Positions 41,032-50,824 of a stretch of DNA of 64,000 nt are shown here, one piece after another. The stretch lies in NCBI GenBank assembly GCA_040326155.1, contig JBEQLE010000004.1:11639-75638 (forward strand). The letters run 5' to 3'. The stretch is from Leptospirales bacterium. GTDB lineage: Bacteria; Spirochaetota; Leptospiria; Turneriellales; JAOUFE01. The notes below the pieces were generated by a model. That model had not been told where the DNA came from. It worked only from the letters and a program-made list of their open reading frames with translations, and ran no database searches. Each line of letters begins with the position of its first letter. Positions within the stretch are counted from its first letter, which is position 1. The position numbers and the translations under genes are program-made.

Positions 41032-41925
41032 ATGCAAAAATTTATATTTCACCCGGGCTTGGTGATTATCAGCACTCTATTATTCTTTTCACAGTCCTGC
41101 ACAGGCTCAATCAAATCGCATAACGCCTCTTGCCTTTCAAAAAACAATGCAGGCGTTGTTCCATGTGGTACGAGTTTTGTACGCCTGGCTTCCTCGTCGA
41201 ATTCAAGCTCCCTTGAAAATCTGGAAGCGGAAGATTCCTTCGCTTTGCTACCACCCGATTTCGATATAAAACGAGCAGAAAAATACCCGGTACTGATTAC
41301 TCTGCCCTATACCGGTGGAGGTGGCGCAGATTTCATTCGTTCTTATCTATATAATGCCTGGCCCTATGCTGATAAAGGAAAATTCGAATGGAGTAAGGCC
41401 CATAGGTATTTTACCAAAACCCATTTCGAAAAAAACAATACCCGCTTTATTATATTAATTCCGCCGGGTTCCGGCGCCAAAAGAGATCATGACTGGACTG
41501 GTTTTATGGCTTCCATCGATCGTTACGAAAGAAGAATTGCAGAAAATCTGGCTTTACTGAAACAAAACTATAATGCGGATACGAGCCGTGTTGTTCTTTC
41601 GGGTTACTCTCTGGGCGGTGATATTTCGTGGGCTTTAGCGTTGAAGTATCCCGGGCGATATTTCGGCGCGATTATAATGGGAACTCGAATCGGCTACCGC
41701 AATAGAAAAGCCTACAATATATTGAAAAAAACAGGGTTCCGTTTTTACATTGGCATGGGCGAGTTCGAACTGGAACATCGGAAAAAAGGAAATTCCGAAG
41801 GAAGGAAAATTCTGGACCAGCATAAAATATCGTATATTTATAAAACAATACCGGCGGGCGGCCATACCACATTGAAACATTCAGAATTTATAGACGCTCT
41901 TTATTACACGTTCCGGTTTCAATAA
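41032..41925 (+). CDS. Alpha/beta hydrolase (esterase) lipoprotein
   Basis: LLPPDF...KYPVLI.L, GYSLGG nucleophile elbow, GGH catalytic His; N-terminal lipobox. Confidence 0.82.
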   Translation: MQKFIFHPGLVIISTLLFFSQSCTGSIKSHNASCLSKNNAGVVPCGTSFVRLASSSNSSSLENLEAEDSFALLPPDFDIKRAEKYPVLITLPYTGGGGADFIRSYLYNAWPYADKGKFEWSKAHRYFTKTHFEKNNTRFIILIPPGSGAKRDHDWTGFMASIDRYERRIAENLALLKQNYNADTSRVVLSGYSLGGDISWALALKYPGRYFGAIIMGTRIGYRNRKAYNILKKTGFRFYIGMGEFELEHRKKGNSEGRKILDQHKISYIYKTIPAGGHTTLKHSEFIDALYYTFRFQ

Positions 41926-42060
41926 ATTTCTGGATACGCGAGAAACAACCGTTTCGTGGTCTGTTTTTCAAATAATGATTGTCAATGCAGTTAAGGCAAA
42001 GCAAATTGCTTCATTAAATTCTATTCGGAAGGTTCTATATGAAAAAATTCGTTTTTGGTT

Positions 42061-42160
42061 CACAAATAAATCCTGCGGTTTATTTGTGCTGCTTCGTTCG
42101 ATTTACGTTTAAAGTTTTCTTTGTAAAAAAACGTGGTTTTTTTACAACCGCTTCGTGGTA
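42061..42160 (+). repeat. Structured intergenic repeat, family 2, full copy
   Basis: CACAAATAAA-TCCTGCGG-TTTATTTGTG...GCTTCGTTCGAT...TTGTAAAAAAA-CGTGG-TTTTTTTACAA-CCGCTTCGTGGT. Confidence 0.85.
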
Positions 42161-42247
42161 TAATCTGGTTTCTCTTCCAAATAATGATTGTCAAAATACT
42201 CTAAACAATACTCATTGCTTCATTAAATTCTATCCAGAAGGTCATAT

Positions 42248-43477
42248 ATGAAAAAATTCGTTTTTAGTTCGTCTTTGGTTCTATTTTTATTAACCGCTGC
42301 CGCTATTGATTCTATTACTCTGCAATTAAACGGTAATTTTGCAATTTCTATAGATAGGAATGTCTGGGAAGCGGAAAAATATCATGAATGGGTGGAACAA
42401 GACGGGGGATACGAGAGTGAAATGCAGCTTATTGAAGATCCTGCCTATATAGTCTCGATATTCATGGCCGACATACATGAGTATAATAAAAGAATGGAAA
42501 CTGTAGAGGAAGAATCCCATAAACCGCCACCAAGGCCGGACGCTTTTATTTCATGGATCGAAAGAACTGCGAAAAAAAAAGGTAAAAAGTTTGTTTTCTC
42601 AGATCCTATTGAAAAATACGGATTTATCTATATCCGTGGAACAGAAGAAAGCGAAGATGGTAGCGTCAAGTTTGCCATCCATCTTGGAATGCAGGCTACC
42701 GAACACGGTGTTATATTTATTTTTCACATGTTCGATAAATCTCGATCGAATGACAACGTACCCTATTCCGATGAATTGTTTAATACCCAATACGAAGAAA
42801 TCCTGGAGACATTTGAAATCAGGCACGAAACTCCAGAAGAAACGGAAAATACCTCCGGGCAGGATGATGAAATCGACTTACCCAAAGACGGCGCAAAAAC
42901 CGATGATAATAAATTATACGTATTCGATTTTCCTGACTCTTTTATTCTAACCATTAATAAAGAGAAATGGGAATTGATTGCGAACAATATAAAAAAAGAG
43001 AGTCTAAAGGTAAAAAGACGGTATAATTTAAAACAAGACACTGGTTATAAATTAGAGATGATGGTATCTGCAACCACCGAAAGGGACAGACAAGAGCTAA
43101 GCGACCCTGAAATTTTTTTCAACGCTCTTACCGACGGTCTTGAAGAACATGGAATACCCCCTGTTTTTTCCAAAATAAAACATAAAAATGGGATGTATTA
43201 TATCCAGGGAATTGTCCGCGATGAAAGCGAGGTCTTACTTGCTTTTCACATGGCCTATTATTTAAATGACAAACACTTTGTTTTTTTAAGTCACAGTTAC
43301 GAAATAGAGCATTCCACCGGAGACGTGGCTTTTAACCCGGAAATTTTCACCGCTCAATTCGAAGAAATTGTTGACAGTTTTCATCCCTACCCTGCTGTTG
43401 AGTCGAATAATGAAAACGGTCCTGAGATTGAAGAAGAAAACACAACCGAAACCGACTTGCAAAACGAACAGGAATAA
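42248..43477 (+). CDS. Secreted acidic protein with two internally repeated domains
   Basis: Signal peptide; halves align (F.I.I....WE; VFS......G..YI.G; V.Y/F..E.F..Q.EEI...F). Confidence 0.8.
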   Translation: MKKFVFSSSLVLFLLTAAAIDSITLQLNGNFAISIDRNVWEAEKYHEWVEQDGGYESEMQLIEDPAYIVSIFMADIHEYNKRMETVEEESHKPPPRPDAFISWIERTAKKKGKKFVFSDPIEKYGFIYIRGTEESEDGSVKFAIHLGMQATEHGVIFIFHMFDKSRSNDNVPYSDELFNTQYEEILETFEIRHETPEETENTSGQDDEIDLPKDGAKTDDNKLYVFDFPDSFILTINKEKWELIANNIKKESLKVKRRYNLKQDTGYKLEMMVSATTERDRQELSDPEIFFNALTDGLEEHGIPPVFSKIKHKNGMYYIQGIVRDESEVLLAFHMAYYLNDKHFVFLSHSYEIEHSTGDVAFNPEIFTAQFEEIVDSFHPYPAVESNNENGPEIEEENTTETDLQNEQE

Positions 43478-43485
43478 ACGAACAA

Positions 43486-44046
43486 ATGAGACTTACATTT
43501 TTAGTAAAATTATTTTATATAGCAAACATACTATTCTTGATTACAGCCTGTAATAAAAAAACAGAACCCCCTTTTGGCGGATATTTCACAGTTCAAGTCG
43601 ATACAAACGAATGGAAAATTATTCAACAATCGGAGAACAAACTGGATGAAGGACCGGTTAAATACTTATACCAGATGAAAGCAGATTCGGGGTATTTTCT
43701 CGATATCACTGTTTATAACGTGCAAGAGGAATATACCATGTCCTCCGATTCGATTGAGTTTTTTGAGCAAACTCGACACTCTAAATCAGGTGAAGGACAA
43801 AAATTTATTCTCGGCGAAATAAAAGTTATAAACAATATTCATTACCGAAGTTCATTGTTCTACCAAAAAGAGAATCTGGAACGAGCCACTTTTACAGGTC
43901 ATTTGGGAAAAAAAACTTATGTAACTTTGTTCAACTTATTTTATAACCACGGGGCCTCAGACGGAGCAGTTAGATACAACCACGATTCCATGACTTCTCA
44001 GTTTGTAAAAATTCTGAAGTCATTTAAAGATCTCTCAAACGAATAG
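43486..44046 (+). CDS. Lipoprotein with one copy of the same domain
   Basis: LITA-C lipobox; FTVQVDTNEWK, DSGYFLDI, GAVRYN...SQFVKILKSF align with the 42248 halves. Confidence 0.75.
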   Translation: MRLTFLVKLFYIANILFLITACNKKTEPPFGGYFTVQVDTNEWKIIQQSENKLDEGPVKYLYQMKADSGYFLDITVYNVQEEYTMSSDSIEFFEQTRHSKSGEGQKFILGEIKVINNIHYRSSLFYQKENLERATFTGHLGKKTYVTLFNLFYNHGASDGAVRYNHDSMTSQFVKILKSFKDLSNE

Positions 44047-44047
44047 A

Positions 44048-44611
44048 ATGATTATAAAATTAAAAACCCCTCAATACATTTTCATGTTGCTCACTCTTTT
44101 TATTCTGCTCAGTACTGCAAGATGCGCTGGAAAAAACGCACTGGTCACCAATACTGGTACTCCGGGAATTTACAACAAAGCCGGAGTCTACTTTGAATAC
44201 CCTGCGACATGGAATGTTACAGAAGACTATATGGCATCGGATGCCAGGGTTATATATATAGAAACTCCGGGCAGCGCTATTTTATTTATCTATATTTTAT
44301 CCGAAAAAAACTCAAGTAGGCTAACTCAATTTGCCCGAAAATTCGCCATATCAATCCGCTCGTCAGATTCAGACAGTTTAATAGGCGAATCGACATTCGG
44401 CTCGCCTGAAAAACAAGATCCATATGAAGTTTTAACGGAGCGTTTTCTGGTGACGTTTTTAAAAAAGAGAATCGCTTACCAAAGGGTTTACCGCAGAAGA
44501 GTTTTTCACGAATATGCCTGCACTTTAATTGCCCAATATGCGCTTGAAAATCGATACAATTTAGAAAAAAAGTTTAATGTAATCTCCTCGACTTTTCGCT
44601 ATTCTGAATAG
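44048..44611 (+). CDS. Exported protein, possibly PsbP/DcrB-like fold
   Basis: GVYFEYPATWNV start and F..I.STFRY end. Confidence 0.65.
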   Translation: MIIKLKTPQYIFMLLTLFILLSTARCAGKNALVTNTGTPGIYNKAGVYFEYPATWNVTEDYMASDARVIYIETPGSAILFIYILSEKNSSRLTQFARKFAISIRSSDSDSLIGESTFGSPEKQDPYEVLTERFLVTFLKKRIAYQRVYRRRVFHEYACTLIAQYALENRYNLEKKFNVISSTFRYSE

Positions 44612-44676
44612 CAATGGATTGTAACATGTATTGTTAAAATCCGATGCATTACAACATGTATTGATTAAATCTAAAA

Positions 44677-45369
44677 TTATGGTCTACCTACGACATCAAC
44701 ATATGCAAAAAACATATTGTCTGACAGGTACTTGGTGCGGTCATTATCCGAAGATGGACGGCGCCGAAGAAAATCGTTAAACAAAACTCCGCCTTCCATA
44801 TAAATCCCTTTTTTATTCAGGTTCATACGATACCTTTGAATTCCCTTACTCACATGATGAATATAAACAATGCTCCCGTTTTCTTCCACACCCGTTACCA
44901 CCGAAACATGGGTATACTTATCATCCCACCTTCCATTGTCGTTTTTGTCGTAAGTATTATTGAAAATAATCAGATCGCCCGTTTTGGGAGTTCGGCTCGA
45001 ATTTTGCCACGATTGTCTTCGGTACGTTTTGTAAATAATTTCTACGCCATTCGTCCCGGAAGGAAACTGAGATGCCTCTGAAAAAACATCAATACCGATG
45101 TTGTCAAAAACTGCGCGAACCATTCCCGAACAATCATTAATGTATTTTTTACCATTCAAATATAGGTATGGACCGCTTTTACCCAAAAGAGATTGCGACA
45201 CCTCACGAATTTTCAACCGAATATCGCTTTGCTCCGTCTGTATTTCAGTACCCGGAAGGCGAGAGGTCGTTTCGGAGGAACCAGATGAACCACTCGCCCC
45301 AGCATGCAGGTACGTCAAAGAAAAAACTAATGAGAATAGAAATATGAATACATAAATTAGTTTACGCAA
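44677..45369 (-). CDS. NlpC/P60 family cell-wall peptidase
   Basis: AGGAG RBS, signal peptide, NDCSGMV, PKTGDLIIFNNTYD, THVSVV, YIHH. Confidence 0.88.
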   Translation of the reverse strand: MRKLIYVFIFLFSLVFSLTYLHAGASGSSGSSETTSRLPGTEIQTEQSDIRLKIREVSQSLLGKSGPYLYLNGKKYINDCSGMVRAVFDNIGIDVFSEASQFPSGTNGVEIIYKTYRRQSWQNSSRTPKTGDLIIFNNTYDKNDNGRWDDKYTHVSVVTGVEENGSIVYIHHVSKGIQRYRMNLNKKGIYMEGGVLFNDFLRRRPSSDNDRTKYLSDNMFFAYVDVVGRP

Positions 45370-45495
45370 AATTTAGCTCCTCTGAATCCCTAGTCCTATA
45401 ACAATATAAAGAAGTTAATTGATCGGCAAATAATTTTGCAACCATATACCCGATAGTGTGACTGCAATTGAATTCCGTTGAAATTTCGGCTTATT

Positions 45496-46185
45496 TTAGA
45501 TATATTTTATGACCATAATCACCAGGCCAGAGCTAGACATCATCGCGGCGAAAGACCAACGCATAAAACGCTCGATACGATTACTTTGCTCATCGAATCT
45601 TCGGTTCATCTCCGTCCTCAGGCTGTCAAATTTTAGTTCCTGACTTTCAAAACGAAAATTTATATTTTCAAACCGCTTATCGAAGTGATTGAATTGATAA
45701 TCTACCTGTTCAAACCGTGCGACTACCTGATCGAATCGTTTGTCTACTTGAGCAAGCTGTGTGTCCATCTGATCGAGTCGTTTATCTACCTGATCTAGTC
45801 GTGTGTCTACCTGATCTAGTCGTGTGTCCATCTGCTCAAGTCGTTTATCTACCTGTTCAAGCCGTGTGTCTATCTGCTCAAGTCGTTTATCTACATGTTC
45901 GAGCCGTGTGTCCATCTGCTCAAGTCGTTTATCTACATATTCAAGCCGTGTGTCTATCTGCTCAAGTCGTTTATCTACCTGAGCAAACCGTGTGTCCATC
46001 TGCTCAAAACCGTTAATCATTAATTCCCGCTGGTTTTTTAGTTCGTTTTCAAACCGGGCCAATCGTTCCAATTCAATATTATTGTGTAGTTGAACACTCT
46101 CGGATTCATTTATCCATTCGTTCAAGTGAGATTTAACATAATCTCCGATAACGATTAATTCACTCTTTGAAATTGGCACTGGCAT
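45496..46185 (-). CDS. Heptad-repeat coiled-coil protein with C-terminal membrane anchor (Bdr/DUF1640-like architecture)
   Basis: AAGGAG RBS; about 14 consecutive (E/D)Q(V/M/I)D(K/T)RL heptads; RFMRWSF + hydrophobic tail. Confidence 0.85.
   Translation of the reverse strand: MPVPISKSELIVIGDYVKSHLNEWINESESVQLHNNIELERLARFENELKNQRELMINGFEQMDTRFAQVDKRLEQIDTRLEYVDKRLEQMDTRLEHVDKRLEQIDTRLEQVDKRLEQMDTRLDQVDTRLDQVDKRLDQMDTQLAQVDKRFDQVVARFEQVDYQFNHFDKRFENINFRFESQELKFDSLRTEMNRRFDEQSNRIERFMRWSFAAMMSSSGLVIMVIKYI
45700..46010. repeat. 21-bp (42-bp higher-order) tandem repeat array
   Basis: ATCTGCTCAAGTCGTTTATCT alternating with ACCTGTTCAAGCCGTGTGTCT variants. Confidence 0.92.
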
Positions 46186-46351
46186 AAAAAGCTCCTTCTA
46201 CTTTGTTTGTCAAGAAATTATTTCCGTATTCGTTTCTTATTAGTGTAATAGGCAAAAATCTGTTTTTTTTTCAATATCTGCGTTTTTTTTTCAATAAAAA
46301 GATTGACTGAGAAATAAATTGTCCATACATTCTATTTGTACAATAACCAAT

Positions 46352-47989
46352 ATGGAAAACCTCATTTTAATTGTCCTGATCGCCGCTTTATGCTCCACGG
46401 TGTTAAATGTATTTTTTAAACGTTTTAATATGCCCCCTATATTGGGTTATATTTTATCTGGGGTAATTATTACATCTATTTTTAATTTACAAAATTCAAA
46501 CCGACAAATGCTGTCTGAAATAGCCGAGTTCGGAATCGTTTTTTTACTTTTTACGATTGGCCTTGAATTCTCAGTTCAGAATTTAAAGAAAATGAAAAAA
46601 GAGGTTTTTGTTCATGGAACAATCCAATTTTTGTTAACATCACTTGTATTTTTTCTCATAGCGCACTATTTTTTTTCCATCCCTCTAAAAGGGGCTATTG
46701 TATCGGGAGCAGCGCTTGCCCTCTCTTCAACCGCAATTGTATTGAAATTTTTTCAAGAAAATAGAGAGATGGGCCGGGCTTATGCAAGAGAATCGCTCGG
46801 TATTTTAATCTTACAGGATATTGCCGTAATTCCGGTACTTATTATGATCGGAATTTTTACAAAAACCGGTGATGTCAATATCGGTACGTTGCTTGCCCGA
46901 ACTGTTTTAGAAGCGGCAATTGTTTTAGCCTTGTTATGGGTATTTGGCAAATACGTATTAAACATAGCTTTGTCCTGGGTAACCAGTGTTCACTCCCATG
47001 AGATCTTTATTTCATCCATTTTACTTCTCGTTGTTGGCGCCTCCTACCTCGCCCACTCCTTCGGATTTTCTTACTCCTTAGGCGCATTTATTGCCGGACT
47101 CATGATTGCTGAAACCCAGTATAAATACCAGATTGAAGCCGATCTGACTCCCTTTCGAGATATTTTACTGGGGGTATTTTTTGTCTCTGTTGGAATGCAG
47201 ATTGATATCCGGTTTATGTTCCTACACCTAGCCGACATTCTAACGCTGATGACTATGATTATGCTGATTAAAGCCGCTCTAATATTTCTGGTTTTACGCT
47301 TTAGTCATTGGAGTTCAACTTCATTAAAAACGGCCGTGGCTCTATCTCAGGTTGGTGAATTTTCATTTGTAATATTTGAACTTGCCCAAGATGGAAAATT
47401 ACTGAGCGGCGATATATCGAAAACGATGATTATAGCGGTTGTCTTTTCTCTTATGTTAACGCCATTCATATTGCGCTACCTCGAATTAATAATTCGCTTT
47501 ACCCGAAGGCAAAGCAATACGCAAGAATCAGTATTAATTGAACCGAAACCCGAAAAAATGAAAGGTCATATTCTGGTTTGTGGATATGGTTTCCAAGGAC
47601 GCCAGGTGGTGGAACAACTGATAAAAATGAATATCCCTTATCTTGCCATTGAATTTCAAAGACAACTCGTAGACAAGGGCAAGGCAGCCGGTAGGAATAT
47701 TATGTTTGGTAATGCATCTCAGAAATCTATATTAAAAAAAGCGGGATTACGTAATGCAATTGCCGCCATCGTTGCTATTGAAGACGAAAAAAAAGCCGCA
47801 TTAGTTGGCAGAAGAGTAACTGAAGCCGCAGCAAACATTAACGTTGTAATCAAGGTCTCTCATGAAAACCTTTTTGCAGATTTAAAAGATATGGACGGCG
47901 TACATATAATTAACGAACACGCGGCTCTTGCCAAAACCCTCGTAAACTATGCCATCACCTGTGATATTGACCAAAACCAGAGTCAATAA
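46352..47989 (+). CDS. CPA2 (Kef-type) K+/H+ antiporter with TrkA-N domain
   Basis: AEFGIVFLLFTIGLEFS, ALSSTAIV, LILQDIAV, LGAFIAG, LSQVGEFSFV, CGYG..G RCK domain. Confidence 0.93.
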   Translation: MENLILIVLIAALCSTVLNVFFKRFNMPPILGYILSGVIITSIFNLQNSNRQMLSEIAEFGIVFLLFTIGLEFSVQNLKKMKKEVFVHGTIQFLLTSLVFFLIAHYFFSIPLKGAIVSGAALALSSTAIVLKFFQENREMGRAYARESLGILILQDIAVIPVLIMIGIFTKTGDVNIGTLLARTVLEAAIVLALLWVFGKYVLNIALSWVTSVHSHEIFISSILLLVVGASYLAHSFGFSYSLGAFIAGLMIAETQYKYQIEADLTPFRDILLGVFFVSVGMQIDIRFMFLHLADILTLMTMIMLIKAALIFLVLRFSHWSSTSLKTAVALSQVGEFSFVIFELAQDGKLLSGDISKTMIIAVVFSLMLTPFILRYLELIIRFTRRQSNTQESVLIEPKPEKMKGHILVCGYGFQGRQVVEQLIKMNIPYLAIEFQRQLVDKGKAAGRNIMFGNASQKSILKKAGLRNAIAAIVAIEDEKKAALVGRRVTEAAANINVVIKVSHENLFADLKDMDGVHIINEHAALAKTLVNYAITCDIDQNQSQ

Positions 47990-48399
47990 ACATCAATTGA
48001 GTAATCTGCCCCCGAACTATTGCCCATATATACAACTCGTATAAACAACGAGGTACCCGAGGCTGTTGCCAGACAAGACTCAGTATTGGTTCCCGAGTTT
48101 GTACCGTTGCAAACCTGGTTTGTAAAATCTGCATCAGTAAAAACCTCAAGGTCCACATCACCGTTTAAATTATATAAATCTATATAATAAGATGAACTTG
48201 CGTTTACTCCATCTATTTCGTAATACCATTCATCAGATGTATAATCTGTATATGGAATATCGTCAAAAGCGGTTCCATCGTAATAAATGTAAACAGGGTT
48301 ATCCTTACTGCCTTCTGACACAGACACGGTGACTGTACAAGTTGCTCGCACAGCAAAGATAAATACAAATAAGGTAAAAATTAATAATTTGAGTTTCAT
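47983..48399 (-). CDS. Secreted PPC (pre-peptidase C-terminal)-like beta domain protein
   Basis: GAGG RBS, signal peptide, GDVDLEV...C...NSGTNTESC...LFIRV motif. Confidence 0.7.
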   Translation of the reverse strand: MKLKLLIFTLFVFIFAVRATCTVTVSVSEGSKDNPVYIYYDGTAFDDIPYTDYTSDEWYYEIDGVNASSSYYIDLYNLNGDVDLEVFTDADFTNQVCNGTNSGTNTESCLATASGTSLFIRVVYMGNSSGADYSIDVY

Positions 48400-48443
48400 T
48401 TAACAACCCCTCATGAGAACAATAATAGAATCGTACTGCTTTG

Positions 48444-49766
48444 TCAATTTTTTTTCAGTCGCATATATCGGTATAAAAAAACAGCAGCTATTGAAAAAGC
48501 GACTGCCGGGCCAAATGCGTATAAAGTACGTATGGCCAGCGCCGACTCATAAGTTTGTTCCACATTTGCTATATACCCGCCCCACCATAAAACAACACCG
48601 AGCAAGGCGGCGGAAAACCCCATAGCACTTTTATTTATGAAAGTGTATAATGCAAAATATGTTCCTTCACGACTCTGGTTCTCCTGTACTCCGTCAGAAG
48701 AAATTGTGTCGGCTAAAGCCGCAGGGTTTATCATAATGATTGCCCCGGCGGCAACACCGGCGATTGTCGCCAAGATCGCCATTTGTACAACATCTCCGGC
48801 GCTTAAATACATGGTGAAAATAAAAATCAACGCTGCTGTAATATTAGCCCCCATCCATAATTTTAGTTTATCAACTCGTTTAGCAATGAATATCCAGCCG
48901 GGAATCGAAAGTGTGGCGGCCAGCATGAACAGTCCGATTACGATGGCCTCACTACCAGGGGCATTTAGAATATATTCTGTATAATAAAATGTAGCTGTCA
49001 AAATGATGGCTCCGCCGACCTGACTGAAAAAACCAACAATTAGTATACTTCGAGCCTGACGATTTTTCAACACAGCACCATAGGTTTTAAATATACCATG
49101 CTTTGCACTTGTCTGGTCTTGACCGCGCGGGGTTTTTAAAACCATAATCCATATTACGGCGATTGTAAAAATTCCCACTCCGCCCATAACCCAGGGAGTA
49201 ACTTCTTTTGCCGTCGCCCCGGAACCTGGTTCAAAAATAACCATCTGTAAAACGGCAACTCCCAGAAAATTTCCAATATTTTCCCAAAGAGCTCTGTTTC
49301 CATATATTCTATTTCTGTCGTGATAATCAGCCGAAAGTTCAGCCCCTAAAGAGTAATGTGGAATATAAAAAGCTGTCAAAGCAGTATAAAAAACCGGAAT
49401 TGCAATAATCATCCAGAGTATCTTATAATTCTCGGCGGGAGTCCATAAAAAATAAAATAACACACCTGTGGGAATCGCCGAAGCGGCAATCCATAACCGG
49501 CGTCTACCCATACGGGAGGTGGTATGGTCGCTTAAATAACCACAAATGGGATCGTTTATAGCGTCCCAGATGCGAGCGCCAAGAAAAATCATTCCCATTG
49601 TTAAGCTGCCGATAAATAAAACATCAGTAGCATACTTCATTAAGTAAGTTCCGGTAAGAAAATTCAACATCGACGCCCCGGTCATGGGCAGCCCGTAAAA
49701 GAAAAGTAATTTCCTTGAAATCGGACCTGAAGAGGCAGCCCGAGCGTGATCAACATCTGGTTTCAT
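48444..49766 (-). CDS. GPH/MelB family MFS sugar transporter
   Basis: ARIWDAINDPICGYLSD.T.SRMGRRR.W, IPHYSLGAELS.DYHDR, REG.YF...TFINK. Confidence 0.92.
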   Translation of the reverse strand: MKPDVDHARAASSGPISRKLLFFYGLPMTGASMLNFLTGTYLMKYATDVLFIGSLTMGMIFLGARIWDAINDPICGYLSDHTTSRMGRRRLWIAASAIPTGVLFYFLWTPAENYKILWMIIAIPVFYTALTAFYIPHYSLGAELSADYHDRNRIYGNRALWENIGNFLGVAVLQMVIFEPGSGATAKEVTPWVMGGVGIFTIAVIWIMVLKTPRGQDQTSAKHGIFKTYGAVLKNRQARSILIVGFFSQVGGAIILTATFYYTEYILNAPGSEAIVIGLFMLAATLSIPGWIFIAKRVDKLKLWMGANITAALIFIFTMYLSAGDVVQMAILATIAGVAAGAIIMINPAALADTISSDGVQENQSREGTYFALYTFINKSAMGFSAALLGVVLWWGGYIANVEQTYESALAIRTLYAFGPAVAFSIAAVFLYRYMRLKKN

Positions 49767-49845
49767 AGAGACCCAGAAATAAAATAAAAGCATTGCAGGC
49801 ATAGTCCTTTTTTTGTTTTATCATTTGAAAACATCGGAGTCCAAT

Positions 49846-50769
49846 TTGAGATCAAATATTGTATTATTTAACCCTTCTTCCGGTAAAGGTCGTTCGCTGA
49901 AAAAAAAAGAACACCTGAGTAGCGCTTTAAATAAATATTCCATTGAACACGAATTTATTATTACAAAAAGTGAGGCGCATCTACGGGAACTTGTTCATAC
50001 CCATGCAGACGCAAAATCAATTATAGCTGTCGGGGGAGATTCGACGATTACAATTGCTGCCGATGAAATTATAAAAGGAAAACATAACGTAACCCTCGGG
50101 TTAATCCCTCTCGGTTCGTCAGACGATATAGCGCTGGATTACGGAATTACCGATCTTGAAAAAGCGGTCTCCGTTATTCACAAAGCAGAAACCCGGCAAA
50201 CCGATATCGGTAAAATAACGGAAAATGGGAATACTGTATGCCATTTTCTGGGTCAGGCAAATATAGGAATCGGAGTCGCGGTTAACCGTTATGTGGCAAA
50301 TGCCGTTCATAAGAATAGATTTCTTTCTAAAAACCAGACTTTAGCGGGTCTGGCCGGAATGATGCATGCCTATAAAAAACACGAAGTTCCCGTGCAAGCC
50401 CATATTGTTCATCCAGAAGAAAACATGGATGGGGAATTTACCAGCCTATTGTTCAGTAAAATTCGATACTGGGCCTCAGGGTTGCTATATGCACCAAGCG
50501 CAAAACCCGATGATGGTGATTTACATGCTGTGTTTATTAAGTCCTGCCCACTGCTCCGGTTACTGCGTTTGACTCAACTGGCTGCAAACGGAAGGCATGT
50601 GAAGCAAGAAGAGACAGTGACAGTTTCTGCAAATAAATTTCGCGTTCGTTTAAACTCCCCGTTTCAAATTCAAGTCGACGGCGACATTCTGCAACAATCG
50701 AATCAAGAAAGAAATTTTACAGAAGTTGAATTTTCAACGTTACCTTTGGCTATAAAAGTCTTTCGGTAA
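49846..50769 (+). CDS. Diacylglycerol kinase family lipid kinase
   Basis: FNPSSG, VGGDST, LGLIPLGS.DDIA, A.PDDG.L, QVDGD; TTG start after GGAG. Confidence 0.85.
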   Translation: MRSNIVLFNPSSGKGRSLKKKEHLSSALNKYSIEHEFIITKSEAHLRELVHTHADAKSIIAVGGDSTITIAADEIIKGKHNVTLGLIPLGSSDDIALDYGITDLEKAVSVIHKAETRQTDIGKITENGNTVCHFLGQANIGIGVAVNRYVANAVHKNRFLSKNQTLAGLAGMMHAYKKHEVPVQAHIVHPEENMDGEFTSLLFSKIRYWASGLLYAPSAKPDDGDLHAVFIKSCPLLRLLRLTQLAANGRHVKQEETVTVSANKFRVRLNSPFQIQVDGDILQQSNQERNFTEVEFSTLPLAIKVFR

Positions 50770-50824
50770 TTTATGTCTTGTATTGATCATTTCATCCTGT
50801 AATATTATTCCAACAAAGAATTTC

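Noticed and set aside
42039-42251. 70-aa ORF as an independent gene
   Set aside because: It is a duplicated start fused to the family-2 repeat; treated as a by-product of the duplication
44618-44671. 30-bp-period direct repeat (AACATGTATTG) between convergent genes
   Set aside because: Only two imperfect copies and no functional context
45700-46010. Possible CRISPR array
   Set aside because: Repeats are contiguous with no unique spacers, in frame within a CDS, and no cas genes are present
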